Below, piece by piece: positions 27,501-36,500 of a stretch of DNA of 55,420 nucleotides. The stretch lies in sequence record SRR22947727_316; one strand, 5' to 3'. Numbering within the stretch: position 1 is the first letter of the stretch; every line of letters starts with the position of its first letter. The notes below the pieces were generated by a model, which searched no databases, was not told where the DNA came from, and saw only the letters and a program-made list of their open reading frames with translations. A program made the position numbers and the translations under genes.

Positions 27501-30500
27501 CTAAATTAGGACTATATCCAAAATACACTCCTAAAATTTATTTAGACACAACAGCAATTACTCCAGTGAACGTTATTCAAGGGCATGACGGAAGTATCAT
27601 AGTTGCATTCAATGACTTTAGAGATGATGCTATATTGGAAATGGAGAGAAGAATTTTTAACAATATTAAAACAACATACGATGATGAATTGTTTGGTATT
27701 AAATCTTTTGTGCCAAGAGCATACAGCACAAATAAATTTACATTTGAATCAATTAATAAAACATTATTAGGCGATTTCAATGACTGGTTAACATTTACAG
27801 GCAACGAAGATTACACAGCAAACACTTATCACACACAAGACAACAGTTTGACTTGGAATTACAGTAATATGGTTTCTCCTCAAAATGAAAACTTGTTAGG
27901 ATTCTGGAGAGGTGTGTACACTCATGCTTACGACACCGACAGACCAAATATTGCTCCATGGGAAATGCTTGGATATTCGCAAGAACCTACATGGTGGGGA
28001 ACTGTGTATGGTCCAGCACCGTACACAAAAGACAATTTAATTTTGTGGCAAGATTTAGAGAAAGGCATTGTAAGAGAACCTAATAAAAAAATTGTAATCA
28101 AAAACAAATACAAAAGACCCGGTTTAACAAACAATATCCCAGTGGACAGCGAAGGCAATATCAGAAGTCCGTATGATAGTGCATATGCAAGAGGTCAAGT
28201 ATTACAACTTACCAAAGATAAATTTAAGTTTGGTGATTATTCTCCTATAGAAAATACATGGAGAAGAAGTGTGCATTATCCGTTTGCACTTTTAAAAAGT
28301 TATATTTTACATCAACCAAACAAAGCAATAGGTATAGGATTAGACACAAATAAAATTACCAGAAATGCTAGTGGACAGATTGTGTACAATTCGTCAACTG
28401 CTATAAGACCTTCAGATATTATCTGGCCGAGCAGTGTTGATGACAGCACAGTAACATTAACTGCTGGATTATTAAACTATGTTTATGAAATAGTTGAAAA
28501 TTCTCAAACAACAAACTATACAGATTACAAAAAACAGTTTGCTGGATTACAAACACAAATAGGCTTTAAAGTAAGAGGATACAGCAACAAAGACAAATTT
28601 AAACTGTTGTTAGACAGTAAAACTCCGTTAAATTCAACAACACTATTTGTACCAGAAGAAAACTATCAACTGATTTACAATGTGTCTACACCAGTAGAAA
28701 TTTTGACCTACAGTGGATTAATTATTGAAAAGTTAGCAAGCGGTTTCAGTTTAAAAGGATATGATAAAAATGATCCTTACATTAGATACCATTCTCCATT
28801 TGAACAAACTAGTGATCCAGTAATAACAGTGGGCGGAATTAGTTCTTCATTTGTTAATTGGAGTGAAAACAAAAGATATGACAGTGGGTCTTATGTAAAA
28901 TTTGCAAACAATTTTTATGCTACTGATGAAACACATATTTCAACTGCAAACTTTGATGATTCAAAATTTATCAAGTTAGTAGAATTACCATCTGAAGGCG
29001 GTGCATCTGCTGTTTTAAGAAAAACTTTCTTAACAGATACAGTTCAATCTGTAGCATACGGAACAGTGTTTGAAGACATTCAAACAGTTGTTGATGTGAT
29101 ACTGGGTTATGAATCATATCTTAAAGCCAAAGGTTTTGAATTTGATCAATATGATCCAACAACACAATTGGTCGCTAACTGGCAATTAAGTGCTAAAGAA
29201 TTTTTATTTTGGACAACACAAAACTGGGACGAAGGTGCAGTAATCAGTTTAAGTCCTGCCAGCAAAAAAATAGTTGTTACATCACAATATGCTACAACTG
29301 ATAATGTTATAGAAAATTACTACTCTTATGGTGTGTTAAAAGAAGATGGTAATAAACTGGATAGAGTAAATTTACGAATTGTTAGAAAATCAAACACGTT
29401 TGAATTGTTCACAAAGAACACAATAAATGGAATATACTTTGCTAAAGTTCCACTTGTACAAAAAGAACATGTATGTTTAATAGATAACACAACATCATTT
29501 AACGATTTAATTTATGATCCAGCAAGTGGGTACAAGCAGGATAGAATTAAAATGTTAGGATATGTTACAGAATGGGATGGTAGTTTAAATATTCCAGGAT
29601 TTGTATTTGATGAAGCAAAAGTTGTACTTTGGGAACCTTACACCGATTACTCAATGAGTGATGTGGTAAAACACAAACAATTTTATTACACAGCAAACAC
29701 AAAATTAAAAGGAACAACAGAATTTAATGATAACAATTGGCGTAAATTAGACAACAAACCAGAAAGCAGTTTGTTATCAAACCTTGATTATCAAACAAAC
29801 CAATTTGCTGATTTCTATGATTTAGACACAGATAACTTTGACAGACAACAACAAAAACTTGCTCAACATTTAATTGGTTATCAACCTAGAGAATACCTAA
29901 GTAACATTATTAACGATGAAGTCAGCCAATATAAATTTTATCAAGGATATATTAAAGAAAAAGGAACAGCAAATGCTCTTACCAAATTGTTTGATGCACT
30001 AGCAAGTGCTGACAAAGAAAGTTTAGAATTTTTTGAAGAGTGGGCAATCCGTAAAGGACAATACGGAGCAGTGGACACCTTTGACGAAGTAGAATACAGT
30101 CTAGATGAAACTCAAATCAGATTAAATCCTCAACCTATTTTACTAACAAATGATCAACCAGCAACAGCAACTGATTTGGTTTACAGAATACAATCGGGAC
30201 AGACTTATCTAGCACCTAAAGATTATCAACACACACCATTTCCTGTAAAGTATGACAAAAACACATATATCAAAACTGCAGGACCTGTAAATCCAATAGA
30301 TATTTCGTTAACACTGGCACAGTATGATGACTTATTAACTTCAACAAGTGTAGCAACTCTAGATGAAGGACAGTATGTATGGATTGGTAACAACAAAGGT
30401 ACTTGGAGTGTTTTAAGATACAGCAACACAGATCAACAAATTGTGTCGATTATCAAAAACGGCAGTGTTATTTCAGTAAACACATTGAATAATCCAGACA

Positions 30501-33500
30501 TAGCAGTTGGTGAAATATTTGTAGTAAATGCTAATGGTACAGATTATGTTTTCAAATCTACGTTTGTGGGAATAACATCAATTCAATGTGAAGACGTAAC
30601 AGGATTTGCTTCAATAGACTCTGCTGTAGGCTTTATTAAACGATTCACTGAATCAAGATTAAATTCTATAAATGACGTCAACACAAGAATAAATGATCAA
30701 GGTCTTAAAGATAATGAAAAATTTTGGATTAACGAATCAGATGACGGTAAATGGAAAATTGTTAACAATAAATTTGTGTTTAAAAAACACAATGAATTAA
30801 GTTCTACAAGCACATCAGGAGATCAAAGTTTTGGCACGGTGATAGCCGCAAACAAACAAAACTCAACAGTATTGGTTAGTCAACCATCAGATGGAGATGG
30901 AAAAATTTATGTATTCACAAGAGGTTCTGAGAGCGGATCATTAATATTAGTACAAATTATTGAAGCACCAACAACTGATCCATTGTTAACAAATATCGAT
31001 CTATTTGCTTCAGGCAGTAGTTTTGGTAAAGCAGTTGACATTTCTCCAGATGGAAATTTTGTAGTAATAGGTGCACCTGATGCCAGTAATTTAAAAACTG
31101 AGTACAAAGGAGTGTACAGTACAAGTTCTAATTACAATGTTGGAAACATAGTTCAGTACAAACAACAACTTTGGAGAGCAACCAATCAAGTGGAAGGTGC
31201 AATAGCACAGGATTTATTCTCAACATTTGATTCATCTGCTTTTTACAAAGAGAACGTGGGATTCCAAACAACAAGTTTATTGATAGGCGACAGTGTATTC
31301 CCAAATCAAACAACAGATCATATACTGGTAAGAGCATCCACAGAACAGTACACAGCAACTAAAATAGGTGATAGACTGATATTAGATTATGTTGATTTCA
31401 GTAGTGATTATCCAATAGACAGAAACAATTATGCTAAAGTGGCGAATCAACCTTTTAATGGAGTTGGATCTCCAACAATTAAAGACAATATTTTCAGCGG
31501 TGCTGATATGCCTATTCAAGAAAAGATTGACGAAATTTTAGAAGTATCAAATACATTAACAGATCCTGTTGTAGGAAATTTATTAAACACAGACACAGCA
31601 CAAGGTACTGTGGTGTATGTGAGAAAAGTTGCCGCAAAATCTATAATATATCTTAAAGATGTGAGTGGTGTATTTGCTGAAAGCGGAAGTTTAACTTTGG
31701 ATATATTGCCTATAGGAGTGTATTCAAGAGTGAATTCAGAAGACTACGATTACCTTGGTGGTTGGTGGAAAATAAACATAGGTGCTAATGTAACCACAAA
31801 CGCAGGATCAGATGTTACAACCAACGTTGTAATTCAAGACATAAAAGTATTAAATGAAGTTAGAGACACTAATAGATTTTTCAGTTCAATGGAACAACCT
31901 ATTGCTCCAATAACACCTCAAGCACCATTGGTAAAAGCACAATTTGGAATTGGAACATATTATCAAGATTATTACATTGACGCAGGATCGAACACATGGG
32001 TTACTAATCCAAGTCCTCAAGCAATTTTAAGCAATAAATGGTTTGTAAGAACAGGGTACGACATAGCTCATGACAGCACATTAAATTCTAGCAATTCAAC
32101 CAACTACGTAAGTGTTTGGTTTAATAATGTTGATTCAGGCGCTTTTGATTTTGCCGGATTGAATATTGACAATGACGACACAAATGGACTTAAAGAAGTA
32201 GTAGACATATGGGAAGGTTATGTTGATGTAGATTCACAGCCAGACAACAATGCAAATTATTATTTCCCATCAGTAGGAGTGCATCAAATATATGATCCTA
32301 ACACTCAAGCACAGGCAGATGTTACGTTTGTTCAGTTTATAGGATTAGAAAAAATAAGAATTTACTTTAATAATTCAAACAACAAACAGTTCAGTTTAGG
32401 ATCTAATGCCAGTGCACCATCAACTATCACTAGAATAGGCGGAGGTGTAAACAGAACTATAGGATCTATTGAACAAACAGTTCAATCAGGAAATGCAGAC
32501 GGAGACATTTTAGTTTTCCAACATACATCATCTATTACAGCATCTGGAAATCCTGACTTCTACACAGTTAACGATATGGAGTACTGGATATGGGACGAAT
32601 TTGAAAATGTACCAGGAATTAATCAAAGTGCTAACATACCAGGAAGCCAAAACAGAGATTGGGTCCAAACATACAATATTCCAATTGGGGAAGGTGTTCA
32701 GAGTGTTTACACCAATCAAGGTGCATTTTTAATTTACAAAAAGAATACAAAAGGTCTGTTCGAATACAATTCAGCATACACTGTGCCTGACACTCAAAGT
32801 GGTTTAAGGTTAGGAAGTAAAATTCAATTACGTGATGTTGGAAATGTTACAACAGCATTTATTGGTGCTGAAGGTAATGGAACTTCCAGTTTACCAGGAA
32901 AAATTTATTTTGTAGATTACAGTGCTACAAAAAATTGGCGTCTAGGTGTTGATCAATATTATATGGGCGTGTTTGATGATCAAACTGATTACCTAAAAGA
33001 CGAATTAGTTGTGTTTAGCAATCAGTTATACAAAGCAAAAACAAACATCAGTGCAAATTCTTGGCAATTAAGTTTATGGGATTTACAAGATACGCACACA
33101 GACTTTTTAGGATATGTACCTAATGACAGTGGTATTGAATTACAAGGTGATTCAACTCTAAATCAAAACAACTTGATTAAATTTGCAAACACATTTGATG
33201 TTGATACAAATGGTATTAACATTGTGTTAACCAACAAGTACAGCGATGATGGTCAAAATGTTGTTGTGTACAGACAAAGCGACGGACACTATTCATACAA
33301 ACAAACAATAACCCCTGCAGATGATTCTGCTCCAATAATTGACTTTGGTTCAGACATAAGCATATCAGGAGACGGTGAATTGATCGCTATTGGAAGTCCG
33401 TTGAAAGATGTTGTTGATATAGACATGGGATCAGTGTATGTTTACAAAAAAGTTAACAACGATTCTGGACAGTACACATTAAATCAAACACTAGTAAGTC

Positions 33501-36500
33501 CAAGCAAAGAAACTTCGGAACAATTTGGAAATACTCTATCGTTTAGTGGAGATGTACTAGCAGTAACGTCATTAAAAGGTGATCAACAATTGTCGACACT
33601 TATTGATAATGGACAAACAGTATTTGATGGTACAATGACCAAATTTGTTGAAATACAATCAGATGTGGGTTCAATTCATCTGTATCAAAAATTTGAAAAC
33701 ACATTACTATATGGTGAAAAATTCACTTACATCAACGACACTTTAGAACAATTTGGAACGAACTTGTTGGTCAACGACAATCACGTGTATGTTGGACTGC
33801 CTAAACTACAATTAGCCAACAGTCAAATGGGCACATTGGTAGACTTTAGAAAATCACCTACAGAATTCAATTGGACTAGTATACATCAAAGCAGTGAAGG
33901 GATCGATCAACCAGACTTATCAAAAATACAAGGAGTTTTCCTTTACAGTAAATCGACAAACAAATTATTAACAACATTAGATTACGTTGATCCAATATTT
34001 GGAAAAATTCCTGGACCAGCAGAATCTGAAATTTCATACAAAACAAATTATGACCCGGCTGTGTACAACAGTTCTACAGCAGTAGGAACAATGGATAAAA
34101 CTAATCACTGGGATGATACTCAGGTAGGAAAATTATGGTGGAACATCAGCAAAGCAACATATTATTATCCATATCAAAGCAACATAATTTTTAATAATTC
34201 ATATTGGAATAAATTATTTGTAGGTGCTAGTATTGATGTACACGAATGGATTGAATCACCTTACACTCCTACACAATATAATACTATTAGTCAATCCAAT
34301 GAAGGAAGTGCATTAGGCATTACAGGAACAGTTGAAAATACAACAGACTTTGTAACCAAAAAAGTTTATGATAAAGTTGCTGGAGTGTTATCTAATAGAT
34401 ATTTTTATTGGGTTAAAAGCAAAACAACAACACCAGAAATAGAAACAAGAACATTAAGCGCCAATGCTGTTGAAAACTTAATTAAAGATCCAAGAGCTCA
34501 AGGTTACAAATATGTAACAGTGTTTGGCAAAAACAAATTTGCTCTTGTAAACTGTGATTCATTTATTCAAGGTAATGACACAATTATTAGTTTTAGATTG
34601 AACACGATTGCTAGTAAAAATAATGTTCATAAAGAATATGCTTTACTAACACAAGGTTCTGCTACAAGTACACTGCCTAAAGACATAGAAACAGTGTGGT
34701 TTAACAGTTTAATTGGATATGATTCAAAATCCAATCCTGTACCAGACCCTAATTTAAGTGACAAATTAAAATATGGTACATTACAAACTCCAAGACAGAG
34801 TTGGTTTGCTAATAAACAAGAAGCACTTAAACAAACAATTGAAAGAGTTAACACTTCTTTAAAAACAAAACTGGTTGTTGATGAAATTGACATCAGTAAT
34901 TTAATAAAATCAGATCCAGCACCAACTATCAATACAGGAGTATTTGACACAACTGTTGACACTGAAAATGAATTAAATTTTGTAGGAGTAGGATCAGTTA
35001 AACCTGCATCATTAAACATCACAGTTACAAACGGAAAAATTTCTAATGTTGTAATAACAGATGCTGGTAAAGGTTACAAATCAATACCAACGTACAAAAT
35101 AAAAAGCATTACAGGTGAAGGTGCTGTGATAGGTTTAACAATCGATGTTAATGGATCGATCAACAGTGCTAAAATTTTACAAGCAGGTAGTAATTACAAA
35201 GAAGATGCAACAATAAAAGTAAGAACATTTAGTGCGTTAGTCACTGCTGACAGTACAGTAGATGGAAAATGGGCAATATATGATTACAACAGTGGCGATG
35301 GTTGGCAGAAAACAAAAATACAAGCATTCAATGTAAATCTGTATTGGAGTTATGCTGATTGGTATCAAACAGGTTACAGTCAAATTACTGCTATTGATCA
35401 TTTGATATCACAAAGTTACGAAATAAATGCATTAGATGACAGTATAGGACAAATTATAAAAATTGAAACTATTGGATCCGGCGGTTGGTTACTATTGAAA
35501 AAAATTGATAACCAAGTAGATGTCGATTACACTGTAAACTATCAAACAGTGGGAAGACAAAATGGAACAATTCAATTCTCGGATAACTTGTATACGTACA
35601 GTGGCAACATAGGTTTTGATTCAAACAGTTTCGATGTTCAACTGTATGACAGACAACCAATCGAGGAAACACGTATAATATTAGAGACAATCAGAGACAA
35701 AATATTTGTAGAAGAATTAGCAATAGAGTATAATAAAATGTACTTTGCTGGTATTCAGTATGCTTTATCGGAAAACAAACTGAATGATTTTGTGTTTAAA
35801 ACAAGTTTTGTTAAGGCTCAACACAATGTTGGACAATTAGAACAGAAAATTACATTTAAAAATGATAATCTATCAAACTACGAAGATTATGTGCAAGAAA
35901 TTAAACCATATAAATCTAAGATTAGAGAATATGTCAGTTCGTATGAGAAAACAGAACCAACAAACTCTGTAATAACTGATTTTGATTATGCACCAAAATA
36001 TATCAATGGTGTAATAACTCCATCTAAGGTCACAATCAACAACGATCAGTTAGTGGGTGCAGACAATATCACTACATATCCAGATAAAAATTGGAAAGAC
36101 AACATAGGTTACAAAATCACAGCAATCAATATTGCTAATGGTGGAACTGCTTATACTAATCCCCCTGCTGTTGAAATTACAGGTGGTGGCGGAACTGGTG
36201 CAACTGGTACAGCATATATTAAAAATGGTGTGGTATACAGAATAAATGTTACAAACAGTGGATCAGGGTATATTTCTTCTCCAACAGTAACATTAAGTGG
36301 TTCAACAACAGGTACTCTAGCCAAAGCAAGTGCTGTGTTAGGTGAAAGTTTACCTCGTACAACTCACATTGGAATAAAATTTGACAGAAACACAGGTGAT
36401 ACGTTTGTTACCAGTTTACAAAGAACAGAAACATTCACAGGTAACAACAGTCAATTGAAATTTAAATTAAAATGGCCGATGGATCTACGCACAAACACAA